Positions 35,541 to 47,703 of a stretch of 64,000 nt of DNA are shown here, piece by piece. The DNA lies in assembly GCA_051530055.1 (NCBI GenBank), contig CM121342.1, positions 2,452,797-2,516,796 on the forward strand. Reading direction: 5' to 3'. The position numbers and the translations under genes were made by a program. Source of the DNA: Neoechinorhynchus agilis (lineage: Eukaryota; Animalia; Acanthocephala). The notes below the pieces were generated by a model. That model searched no databases. It was not told where the DNA came from and worked only from the letters and a program-made list of their open reading frames with translations. Numbering within the stretch: position 1 is the stretch's first letter; each line of letters begins with the position of its first letter.

Positions 35541-38500
35541 GAGAAATTCTCGAGAAGCAGCAAGCGATGTAACTACGGGAAAATCAACAAATGATTTAAA
35601 AATAATTGAATGGATGATAATATTAAAAGACCGTTTGTAAGAGAGCAATTTCCTGAATATAATAAAATCCATATCATTTTGGTCAATAAATTAAGAAAAG
35701 AAGCCGGTTTATCGTTTTGGAACAAATAAAAAACATTTCGGGGTGGTCAGATGAATGTGAATTCAATGAATAAAATCGCTAAAGTCTACATTTCTTCAAG
35801 AAAATCTTTTAGAGTTTCTATTACGCGTGCAACTTTAATATTCATCCTTTTTTTGCGAACAAACGTTTTGTGAGTTGAGAAATTCTCGAGAAGCAGCAAG
35901 CGATGTAACTACGGGAAAATCAACAAATGATTTAAAAAATAATTGAATGGATGATAATATTAAAAGACCGTTTGTAAGAGAGCAATTTCCTGAATATAAT
36001 AAAATCCATATCATTTTGGTCAATAAATTAAGAAAAGAAGCCGGTTTATCGTTTTGGAACAAATAAAAAACATTTCGGGGTGGTCAGATGAATGTGAATT
36101 CAATGAATAAAATCGCTAAAGTCTACATTTCTTCAAGAAAATCTTTTAGAGTTTCTATTACGCGTGCAACTTTAATATTCATCCTTTTTTTGCGAACAAA
36201 CGTTTTGTGAGTTGAGAAATTCTCGAGAAGCAGCAAGCGATGTAACTACGGGAAAATCAACAAATGATTTAAAAAATAATTGAATGGATGATAATATTAA
36301 AAGACCGTTTGTAAGAGAGCAATTTCCTGAATATAATAAAATCCATATCATTTTGGTCAATAAATTAAGAAAAGAAGCCGGTTTATCGTTTTGGAACAAA
36401 TAAAAAACATTTCGGGGTGGTCAGATGAATGTGAATTCAATGAATAAAATCGCTAAAGTCTACATTTCTTCAAGAAAATCTTTTAGAGTTTCTATTACGC
36501 GTGCAACTTTAATATTCATCCTTTTTTTGCGAACAAACGTTTTGTGAGTTGAGAAATTCTCGAGAAGCAGCAAGCGATGTAACTACGGGAAAATCAACAA
36601 ATGATTTAAAAAATAATTGAATGGATGATAATATTAAAAGACCGTTTGTAAGAGAGCAATTTCCTGAATATAATAAAATCCATATCATTTTGGTCAATAA
36701 ATTAAGAAAAGAAGCCGGTTTATCGTTTTGGAACAAATAAAAAACATTTCGGGGTGGTCAGATGAATGTGAATTCAATGAATAAAATCGCTAAAGTCTAC
36801 ATTTCTTCATCTTTTAGAGTTTCTATTACGCGTGCAACTTTAATATTCATCCTTTTTTTGCGAACAAACGTTTTGTGAGTTGAGAAATTCTCGAGAAGCA
36901 GCAAGCGATGTAACTACGGGAAAATCAACAAATGATTTAAAAAATAATTGAATGGATGATAATATTAAAAGACCGTTTGTAAGAGAGCAATTTCCTGAAT
37001 ATAATAAAATCCATATCATTTTGGTCAATAAATTAAGAAAAGAAGCCGGTTTATCGTTTTGGAACAAATAAAAAACATTTCGGGGTGGTCAGATGAATGT
37101 GAATTCAATGAATAAAATCGCTAAAGTCTACATTTCTTCAAGAAAATCTTTTAGAGTTTCTATTACGCGTGCAACTTTAATATTCATCCTTTTTTTGCGA
37201 ACAAACGTTTTGTGAGTTGAGAAATTCTCGAGAAGCAGCAAGCGATGTAACTACGGGAAAATCAACAAATGATTTAAAAAATAATTGAATGGATGATAAT
37301 ATTAAAAGACCGTTTGTAAGAGAGCAATTTCCTGAATATAATAAAATCCATATCATTTTGGTCAATAAATTAAGAAAAGAAGCCGGTTTATCGTTTTGGA
37401 ACAAATAAAAAACATTTCGGGGTGGTCAGATGAATGTGAATTCAATGAATAAAATCGCTAAAGTCTACATTTCTTCAAGAAAATCTTTTAGAGTTTCTAT
37501 TACGCGTGCAACTTTAATATTCATCCTTTTTTTGCGAACAAACGTTTTGTGAGTTGAGAAATTCTCGAGAAGCAGCAAGCGATGTAACTACGGGAAAATC
37601 AACAAATGATTTAAAAAATAATTGAATGGATGATAATATTAAAAGACCGTTTGTAAGAGAGCAATTTCCTGAATATAATAAAATCCATATCATTTTGGTC
37701 AATAAATTAAGAAAAGAAGCCGGTTTATCGTTTTGGAACAAATAAAAAACATTTCGGGGTGGTCAGATGAATGTGAATTCAATGAATAAAATCGCTAAAG
37801 TCTACATTTCTTCAAGAAAATCTTTAGAGTTTCTATTACGCGTGCAACTTTAATATTCATCCTTTTTTTGCGAACAAACGTTTTGTGAGTTGAGAAATTC
37901 TCGAGAAGCAGCAAGCGATGTAACTACGGGAAAATCAACAAATGATTTAAAAAATAATTGAATGGATGATAATATTAAAAGACCGTTTGTAAGAGAGCAA
38001 TTTCCTGAATATAATAAAATCCATATCATTTTGGTCAATAAATTAAGAAAAGAAGCCGGTTTATCGTTTTGGAACAAATAAAAAACATTTCGGGGTGGTC
38101 AGATGAATGTGAATTCAATGAATAAAATCGCTAAAGTCTACATTTCTTCAAGAAAATCTTTTAGAGTTTCTATTACGCGTGCAACTTTAATATTCATCCT
38201 TTTTTTGCGAACAAACGTTTTGTGAGTTGAGAAATTCTCGAGAAGCAGCAAGCGATGTAACTACGGGAAAATCAACAAATGATTTAAAAAATAATTGAAT
38301 GGATGATAATATTAAAAGACAGTTTGTAAGAGAGCAATTTCCTGAATATAATAAAATCCATATCATTTTGGTCAATAAATTAAGAAAAGAAGCCGGTTTA
38401 TCGTTTTGGAACAAATAAAAAACATTTCGGGGTGGTCAGATGAATGTGAATTCAATGAATAAAATCGCTAAAGTCTACATTTCTTCAAGAAAATCTTTTA

Positions 38501-39577
38501 GAGTTTCTATTACGCGTGCAACTTTAATATTCATCCTTTTTTTGCGAACAAACGTTTTGTGAGTTGAGAAATTCTCGAGAAGCAGCAAGCGATGTAACTA
38601 CGGGAAAATCAACAAATGATTTAAAAAATAATTGAATGGATGATAATATTAAAAGACCGTTTGTAAGAGAGCAATTTCCTGAATATAATAAAATCCATAT
38701 CATTTTGGTCAATAAATTAAGAAAAGAAGCCGGTTTATCGTTTTGGAACAAATAAAAAACATTTCGGGGTGGTCAGATGAATGTGAATTCAATGAATAAA
38801 ATCGCTAAAGTCTACATTTCTTCAAGAAAATCTTTTAGAGTTTCTATTACGCGTGCAACTTTAATATTCATTCTTTTTTTGCGAACAAACGTTTTGTGAG
38901 TTGAGAAATTCTCGAGAAGCAGCAAGCGATGTAACTACGGGAAAATCAACAAATGATTTAAAAAATAATTGAATGGATGATAATATTAAAAGACCGTTTG
39001 TAAGAGAGCAATTTCCTGAATATAATAAAATCCATATCATTTTGGTCAATAAATTAAGAAAAGAAGCCGGTTTATCGTTTTGGAACAAATAAAAAACATT
39101 TCGGGGTGGTCAGATGAATGTGAATTCAATGAATAAAATCGCTAAAGTCTACATTTCTTCAAGAAAATCTTTTAGAGTTTCTATTACGCGTGCAACTTTA
39201 ATATTCATCCTTTTTTTGCGAACAAACGTTTTGTGAGTTGAGAAATTCTCGAGAAGCAGCAAGCGATGTAACTACGGGAAAATCAACAAATGATTTAAAA
39301 AATAATTGAATGGATGATAATATTAAAAGACCGTTTGTAAGAGAGCAATTTCCTGAATATAATAAAATCCATATCATTTTGGTCAATAAATTAAGAAAAG
39401 AAGCCGGTTTATCGTTTTGGAACAAATAAAAAACATTTCAGAGTGGTCAGATGAATGTGAATTCAATGAATAAAATCGCTAAAGTCTACATTTCTTCAAG
39501 AAAATCTTTTAGAGTTTCTATTACGCGTACAACCTTAATATTCATTCTTTTTTTGGGAACAAACGTTTTGTGAGTTG
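35541..39577. repeat. Tandem array of 12 near-identical ~337 bp units
   Basis: Direct reading and repeated 75 aa shadow ORFs at a 337 bp period; one unit has a 6 bp deletion, two have 1 bp deletions; the last unit is most diverged. Confidence 0.97.
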
Positions 39578-39992
39578 GACATTTCATTTTCACAGGTAAA
39601 CGAAATTTCACGAAAATGTCATTAGTTTTAGCAAACGACAAAAGATGTTACCATCATCAAATTTCTTATAAAAGAAAAAACCCACGCGTTGAGAACTCTA
39701 ACTTCTTGATTTCGTTCTCCCGCTGAACAGAGCGAGGGGGATAAATTTTTGGTTTTTTTGAATATAAAAACCTACTGTTCAATCAAAAGACTGTAAGTAG
39801 CAACAAAAACGAAAGAACAAAATTTTGCGTAGTATTTTTCATGTTTCGTACAAATCCCTTCGCCAACTCACGTTCTTATCCATTTGGGGGTATTTTTTGT
39901 TCTATGTTTCCGAGGGAATGTTATTTACCTTAATGATTTTCCGTCTTCTGGGTTGGGTCCTGATCATTTTCTTCAGAAGAAGAGATTCGGCC

Positions 39993-42471
39993 ATGTATCC
40001 CTCAGAGTGGAAAACATTAGCGGTGAAGCTCATAAAACAGCAGGTCGACGAATATCAGAGCGATGAAGCCTTCTTTGTGGTCAGTCTTCAGGACGTCTGC
40101 GATAAGTACATTCGATGGATGATGTTGATGCCGAGAGTTAAACCCTTCTATGCGGTTAAATGCAATACGGATCAGGTACTTTTACAGCTCCTCTCGCATC
40201 TCGGACTTGGTTTCGATTGTGCTAGTAAAACTGAGATCCAGCTTATCAGTGATTTGGGAGTTCGACCTGAGAGAATACGTCCTCAGTTCTCATTTGGCCA
40301 CAAACATCAAGGGTATTTTGGTACTTTAATTAATGCTTTATCAGTGTATTTTTGTTGAAAACATTCTTTACTCGGCCGACACGGTTATGAGTTTTAACGA
40401 ATCCCTCCGAATCCTCAGGAGGCTGGACTCATCAGTGAGTTTCTTCTTCCCTTCAACACGGGGCGGACCAAATACCTCGTTGAAGGGAAAAAAGGAAAAT
40501 AAGTCGAGTAAGCTATTTTCTAAAAACGTTTTGATTCATGTTTGTAGCCATCATCTGTCCAATATTTACAATTTAAAGGGGAATTTAAAATCCGTTTCAC
40601 GATAACCTCCAAGATTAACAACGGTCTTGGAAAGAGGAACAAATTAAAAAGACATTTATACAAAAACTCAACCGTTAAACAAAATTGAAAGAAATTTTAA
40701 GTATCACCGTTGTTCAAATCAATAAGTGATCTTAATTTCAATTTTGTTTGACGGTTGTGTGTGTGCGTAATTGTATTTCTAATTTGTTGCTCGGCTAAAA
40801 TGTTTGTCATATTCGGTGCTCGAGAAATCGAGGGATCCGAATTTTGTACAGTCTTTCTTCAATGACACATCGAGTCGTTGAATTCCCCAGAATAGGATTT
40901 TTTAAATTAGTAATGAAACGACTTAGAATGTCTTTTTTGCAATCATTTAAACGAACATCTTTACTCGCCGTGGATTTTCATGTTGACTTAAATTCACTTG
41001 TTTTTGTTAATATTGCAGCGTCTATTTTGTTTGTATTCAAAGTTAACATTTGAATACGTTTTAAAAATAAGGACTTTGATGATGTTAGTAATCGAAATTC
41101 AAGACAGGGACGTTGAAAACTCGACATATTCAATATTGACATCGATGGAATCGTGATAATGGGTTCATTAATTCACTAAATAGAAACTTCAATCGCAATC
41201 GACTTTGAAATTGATCATACTTTTAGGTATTAAACCGAATTTTTATAATTTCAAGGTCCGTATTATTTATTTCAACGTTTTGGTCTACCTTCAATTGAGC
41301 CACTTTTCCGTACGTTATCCATATGAGAAACTTGGACTTCGTTTATGCAAATCCATGCAAGCAATTCTCCCACATAAAGTTTGCGAAATCTAAAGGCGTC
41401 CACAGGACAACCTTTGATTGCGAGGATGAAATGGTCAAGACAAGTCAAGTCTATAAAGGTGCTCACGAAGAAGCGGAACTTATAGTTAGAATATCCACTG
41501 AGGATTCGGGAGCTGTTTGCCAACTCAGTAATAAATTTGGTGCGACTGTACCGGAAGCAAAGAAACTTCTAAAGAGAGCGAAAGAGATGAAACTTCGTAT
41601 AGTTGGAGTAAGTTTCCACGTTGGCAGCGGACAACTGGTTCCTAGTGCTTATGAGCAAGCGATTCGAGACGCTAGCGAGCTTTTTCGGTACGGCAGGGAG
41701 GAGCTTGATTTTACGGGGATGAATTTACTAGATATTGGCGGAGGATTTCCCGGCTCAATGAGCGACCACGATATTCGTTTATTTGAAGAACAAGCAGCAG
41801 TGATCAATGAAAGTTTAGAGAAATACTTTGGAGATATTGGCGATCTTGAGGTGATCGCAGAACCCGGACGATATTTCGCAGCAAGTGCCTACACCTTAGC
41901 GACTCCCATTATATCTCGAAAAATCACGGATTCCGACCACCACGTTTCGTACTACGTAAGTGAAAGTATCTACGGATCGTTTAATTGCTTATTTTACGAC
42001 CATTATATCCTATCTACTCCAATGGTATTGCCGCGAGATCGGGCCAACAGCGATTTATCTGCTTCAACAATCTGGGGATCGACCTGTGATGGACTTGATA
42101 AAATCATGGATAACGCTTGTGTCCCCTTTCTTGAACCTGGTTCAGATTGGTTAATCTGGCCGGACATGGGAGCATACACATTGTCCGGTTCAGTGAACTT
42201 TAACGGCCTTACGATGGGTCGCCCCTTAGTATACTACGCGCCTTCGACCACATGGGACGCTATCCAAACTGCATTTGACGACAACGTTTCCACTAAATTC
42301 AGACTTGTTTCTTCAACTGAGGATCTATCAGCAGCGAATAGAACCGTGGAAGAGGAGGGTCGAATCGTTTTCGTGGATGAAACTGCACTGAATTGCGCCG
42401 TGGAGTTCGAAGAACCTGACCACGATGAATCTATTAGAGAAACTTCGTGTACGGCAACCAGTACCAGCTGA
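39993..42471 (+). CDS. ODC1: Ornithine decarboxylase paralog 1; exons 39993-40277 and 41341-42471 (471 aa)
   Basis: PFYAVKCN (PLP lysine), GFDCAS, PERI-VYANPCK, GVSFHVGSG, LDIGGGFPG, AEPGRY, WGSTCDGLD, GAYT. Confidence 0.92.
40278..41340 (+). other. 1063 nt intervening sequence with paired ends (ATA|CGTCC...GGACTTC|GTT)
   Basis: Alignment-exact junction is not GT-AG; 14 of 20 terminal positions pair ungapped. Confidence 0.6.
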
Positions 42472-42925
42472 CAATGCCAACGAAGTGATTTTGGATGGAT
42501 TCGCTTTTTTTCTCATTTCATCCTAAAATTGGAACTTATTAGGAGTGCGCGTATTCTTCGAAACTCAACAAAGAAGTTCGTCCTGTCAGATCGTGTTAAA
42601 GCGTGTCAGGCTGGTCGAAGGTATTCCAGAATAGGTTTTTTTATCAAATAACCATTATATAATTATATTCTCGAACTTTATACTAATCGCTCATTTTTAT
42701 AACTTTTTTAATATATATCCCTCATTACTTTGCCTTGTGCAATATAAGCAATATTTAAAAATTATATAAAAAAATTTGATGTTACCTCGACAAAAAATTG
42801 CATTATATTACTCGTTTTATCGTGTTTTTTTGAAAGAAATCAGGCAGAATGTATCACAATTCTAAAAATACGAAAAAAGAACAAGAAATTTTACAATGTA
42901 AGGATTTTTTAGATAAATCTTTCAA

Positions 42926-44492
42926 ATGGCCGACCGGTTCGAAGAATCTATTAACTTGGTAAGTTCGAATGTTACAACGAGTACTGTTCAAACAAAGATG
43001 ACAATTGCCAAGCAAATCATCAAAGATGCTATAGACGAGCAAAATGATGAATCGTTCTTTGTGGTAAATCTAGAAGACGTTTTTCAAAAATATAAGCGAT
43101 TTCAAAAGGCATTGCCTAGAGTTAAACCTTTTTATGTTCTAAAAAGCAACGCGGACAGAGTCCTCTTATTGTTTATTGCACGTTTGGGATTAGGTTTTGA
43201 TTGTGCCAGCAAAAAGGAGATCGAGCAAGTGCTTGATCTGGGAGTTCACCCTGATAAGATATGTCATGGATTTTCATTTGCAGCGCAAAGCATGCTTAGA
43301 TATCTCTTGAAATTTTGTCAGTTTGCAAAAAGAAAGTCACGATGTACCTTTAAATTTAAGAAATTCCAGAGGATGATATTCGAAAATTTAGAAACTAGTA
43401 ATGGCTTACCTTCAGAAACCAAAAGCTAATCTTAATGTGCCGTTCCTCCATCTAAGTTCAATGATAATCCATGATACCATTTTCGCGCATATTTGCAAAC
43501 AAATATCAAGTTTGAAATATGCAAAATCAAAGGACGTATTTAAAATGACTTTTGACCATGAGTACGAACTTGTGAAAATTAAGAATGTTTACACCGATAT
43601 AAGCAAACCGGAATTATTGGTCAGAATCCGAGTTAAAGGTTTTAAATGTATGTTTCCTATGAGTTCGAAATTTGGTGCGACTGTACCGGAAGCAAAGAAA
43701 CTTCTAAAGAGAGCGAAAGAGATGAAACTTCGTATAGTTGGAGTAAGTTTCCACGTTGGCAGCGGACAACTGGTTCCTAGTGCTTATGAGCAAGCGATTC
43801 GAGACGCTAGCGAGCTTTTTCGGTACGGCAGGGAGGAGCTTGATTTTACGGGGATGAATTTACTAGATATTGGCGGAGGATTTCCCGGCTCAATGAGCGA
43901 CCACGATATTCGTTTATTTGAAGAACAAGCAGCAGTGATCAATGAAAGTTTAGAGAAATACTTTGGAGATATTGGCGATCTTGAGGTGATCGCAGAACCC
44001 GGACGATATTTCGCAGCAAGTGCCTACACCTTAGCGACTCCCATTATATCTCGAAAAATCACGGATTCCGACCACCACGTTTCGTACTACGTGAGTGAAA
44101 GTATCTACGGATCATTTAGGACCTTCTTTATGCATCCTGTAAATGCGCCGACTCCATTCGTAATTTCAGAAAAAACATCAAACGATACAACCTTATCGAC
44201 TATATTAGGATTTTCATCCGAAGATGGTGACGTTCTTAAAGACTCCGTTTCTCTCCCTCTCTTGGAACCGCTTAAGGATTGGCTTGTTTGGGAAGATATG
44301 GGAGCGTATACGACGACAGTATCGGGAAATTTCAGTGGCCTCAAAATGGGTCGCCCATATATTTATTATGGACCGAAGATTATTTTGGATTTGGCTTACA
44401 GTGCTATGGATTGTAACAAGTTAACGAAGTTAAAATTTTTCGAAACATATGGAGATTTACCTAGAAGTGTAAAAGTAGAAGATGGAGCTTGA
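42926..44492 (+). CDS. ODC paralog 2 with altered active site (possible antizyme-inhibitor-like); exons 42926-43261 and 43479-44492 (449 aa)
   Basis: PFYVLKSN, GFDCAS, PDKI-IFAHICK, shared central tract; GSTCDGLD replaced by GFSSEDGD and CLFYDH by TFFMHP. Confidence 0.85.
43262..43478 (+). other. 217 nt intervening sequence with paired ends (ATA|TGTCATGG...CCATGATACC|ATT)
   Basis: Same position as in paralog 1; 16 of 17 terminal positions pair (one G-U). Confidence 0.6.
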
Positions 44493-45974
44493 TACCGGAT
44501 AATTCGTCAAGTACAAACTCAAATATGCACTTGTATTTCAGGGACAATCGTCGGGTACGAAAAATAAACACAAATTAATTTCGAAAAATCGGGTTCATTA
44601 TTTTTGAACAAATAATTAATCAAACTTATCGATGATCTTATTTTAGAGTTTAAAATCATTATAATCGACGCCTAAAAACTTTATAATAATTAGTTGTTGG
44701 ATTAAAAATACTATACTAAAAACAAGCTAATGAATTTTCGTTTTGTTTTTCAATTTCTCCGTTTGTAACGATGCTATTCTCTCCGTGACCTATCAAGTAA
44801 ACAATGCTGAATCATAAGAAAAGAATAAACTGTGTAGTTAATGTGAAATATTTGTCACTTTTATCGAACTTAAAAACATCAACGGTGAGCAACATTTTTA
44901 AGCAAATTTTGTTTTTTGAAGCAGCAAATCATGTATAACTCACTCTCACAATTTCACAAAAAAAAGAATTTAGTTTTCAATTTTTTTAAGAAAAATTCAT
45001 ATTTGACTCTAATACGGATGCAAGTGGATTACGTATTTTTGAACACATCGAAGGATTGAGGTTCGATTGCTTAAACTCACCGCGATCCCCTTATTAGCTG
45101 CGCTAGGAATTTAAAAACAATTTTAATTTAGAATTCTAGCCGACTGAATGTTGAACATAAGAGCCAACAGAAATAAGAAAAGCGAATTGCAAGCGAACAA
45201 ATAAAATATATCGATCTTTGTTTACACTGAAACGTGCACGCGCAAACATTCGGGACTCAAGTATTTATTAAAAACAAATAGGTTCCGAATTTGTTCTACG
45301 CAAATTACAATTTTATTTTGATCAGCTATGTTCACAAGTCTTAAAATTTTATTAGTCCCGAAAATAATTTAAATTTTTTTGAAAACATTTTTCAATCCCA
45401 ACATAATAAAGTACAAAACGTGCAATCACCAGAGTCCGCAAAATTGGGGCTTATTAACATTTTATAATTTTTTACCACCGTTTTTAATTTAACATTTTGG
45501 TTTTTACGTTATGGAAGCAATATTGAATCCGACAAAATTCGATCGTAAAATTGAAATGCGATTACCGAACCTAATTGTAGACTAAACTACTAACTTGCTG
45601 ACATTGCTTAGATTGCTCTAAAAATTCCATGAGGATTTAAAATTCACAACTATCTTCAAAAAGGTTGCAAAAAATTTAATGATTAGCATACAATTATAAA
45701 ATGATCTATTATTGTTCCTTAAAAATTGGAGACTAATATTCTCAACTACTTTAAAACGTGCCGTGGATAAACCATTAATAAATATATTTTATTTGCAGCA
45801 AAAATTCTGAACTAATTAAAAATCGATCATAATCCAAGCTTATTTGTGGGTAAAGCTCTACAATTAAGTGAATGTCAAGAACATTGTCAATTATGTTCAT
45901 GCTACCAAAAATAGCATCTCACTAATTGTTCATTAAATAAGTCGAAGATTCGTACTCCGGTTTATTTTAGTGGC

Positions 45975-46889
45975 TTAATCATTTAATTTTTTCATTGTTG
46001 GCAAACTATGATTCACAGACATTTGGACGCCGATGTTCCGAGAGTTAATAGATATTATTGAACGGTTTAAAATGCGTTCATTAATAGGAATAGTGCAAGG
46101 TTTCTTCAAATTATCCGCATCTACAGTTTTCGTTGTATTTATTCCTTTGTGCTTTTTCAATTTTCGATAAGAAAGATATATATTATACACCACGAGATCG
46201 CTAACATCACCAAGGAACAAGTTGAAACTTTGATTATATTTCACAATTTCATGCTTTTCAACTCCAACTTTTAAATAAAAAAACGTATCGGACTGTCGGC
46301 ATTTTAAAGGGAGATTTTCGTCCATCTCCGTAGGGAAAATAAGTCCGCCAATAATTTTGCCCCAACCCAATTTAACTTTAATTTTTCGGTATTGAATAAA
46401 TCCAAGCTCAGTCCTTCTTAATCTAGAGAAAATAAACTTTCGTGAGTACAAACTTGCTCGGGCATTGTTTTGCATGAGTTCAACTCCGCATAGTGCGTGT
46501 CGTCGATCGACAAAATATCGAACACCCCATCGATAACAATCGAAAGTGCAATACAAAAATCGATTCCGATCATTGCTGTAACAACTGTATTCGTAGGCGT
46601 TTCTGAGATCGACTACAGTTTTTTGCCAGGCCGAGAGACGAGTTCGGTTGTCTTCATAAATGTACAAAAATTGTTTAGATTGATTCTCCATATCAAATAA
46701 AGATTTAAGTTCGCCTGCGAGCAAAAAAATATAGATTGCCAACAAGACTACAAGGGCACCACTGCATAAAAGCGACCAAAAATTGAAACCAATCACACGC
46801 AAACGGTTTCTTCGTAGTGCCATTAAAGTTTCCAGTTGACTAGATGTAAGGTCATGATCGACTATTGGCTCTCCGGAGGATTTATTCAT
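45975..46889 (-). CDS. Uncharacterised single-pass membrane protein (304 aa)
   Basis: Long ATG-initiated ORF in AT-rich DNA; basic stretch, one hydrophobic helix, then a Cys-containing region. Family not recognised. Confidence 0.6.
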   Translation of the reverse strand: MNKSSGEPIVDHDLTSSQLETLMALRRNRLRVIGFNFWSLLCSGALVVLLAIYIFLLAGELKSLFDMENQSKQFLYIYEDNRTRLSAWQKTVVDLRNAYEYSCYSNDRNRFLYCTFDCYRWGVRYFVDRRHALCGVELMQNNARASLYSRKFIFSRLRRTELGFIQYRKIKVKLGWGKIIGGLIFPTEMDENLPLKCRQSDTFFYLKVGVEKHEIVKYNQSFNLFLGDVSDLVVYNIYLSYRKLKKHKGINTTKTVDADNLKKPCTIPINERILNRSIISINSRNIGVQMSVNHSLPTMKKLND

Positions 46890-47703
46890 GCTGTGAACTA
46901 AATATAAAATGTAGCGTAAAAGTTTTAATTAAAGTGCATCCGTGGTTACGGCCGCATTATAAAATTTTAAACACAAAAAATGCGCTTTATCGTTTTTAAT
47001 TTTACATTTCAATTTTTTTAATTAATAGAAACATATGCGCCAAATCACTTGACACTATAAAATTCGATTGTGACTAAATTTCTAGAGGATTAGCATAATG
47101 CCTTCTTACCTAAATTTATACTTTCATTCAACACCATCACGTTTTGCCAAATTGACTTCGATAATTGTAACATCTGTAAAAATTATAGTGGTTATCACCA
47201 TAGAAGGTTTTTAAACAGTTGCCGGATCGATTTTTTAAATCCATCTAAACAACAACAAAAGAACGAAAAATAAACAAAACTTTACCCAAGTCGAATTTTA
47301 TATTTAATGCTTACATTTTTTTCCGGATTCGGAATTCCTTTGAATGTCGCCATCTCCGATCGCCGAATTTACGCGAGAGAAGATTTGCATATTTATTCCC
47401 CGATAAATCAATAAAATAAAAACATAATTTCCGATAGATCGAGTGGACAACAAAGAAGTGTGGTAAATATTTACCGCGATCCTCAAGAATCCATACGTCC
47501 ATACCAAAATTCTAAAACACTAATCATGAGATTTTGCTTCGTAGGGTCGCTTCTTTGAATCTGAAACTTTTTGAAGAAGAAATAGAGATTTCCAATGCTA
47601 CCAAATGACGCCATCAATTCATTTTGTCTTTAATTAACTATTAATCTCTTAAGAGGTCCAAATATTCGTGGTCCTCCGATATTTGTGTGTGTGTGTCGGT
47701 TCA

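Noticed and set aside
35250-35640. Plus-strand frame open if TGA is read as Trp (alternative code or numt)
   Set aside because: It is the antisense shadow of ORF 35238..35672, and neighbouring genes terminate normally at TGA.
35835-39425. Eleven near-identical 75 aa minus-strand ORFs as a peptide gene family
   Set aside because: They are a by-product of the 337 bp array; no recognisable domain and no sign of coding constraint.
35541-39577. Spliced-leader, snRNA or 5S gene array (prompted by nearby CRE elements)
   Set aside because: No recognisable leader-donor-Sm-site arrangement or snRNA/5S motif by eye; an Rfam scan would be needed.
5346-43478. U12-type (AT-AC) explanation for the odd introns
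   Set aside because: None has the RTATCCTT donor or a TCCTTAAC branch point; only ODC-2 can be drawn as AT..AC.
5161-44492. Functional proteostasis cluster (ATE1, DNAJC17, membralin, PI31, ODC/AZIN-like)
   Set aside because: Genes are dispersed and interleaved with unrelated ones; chance in a gene-dense genome is sufficient.
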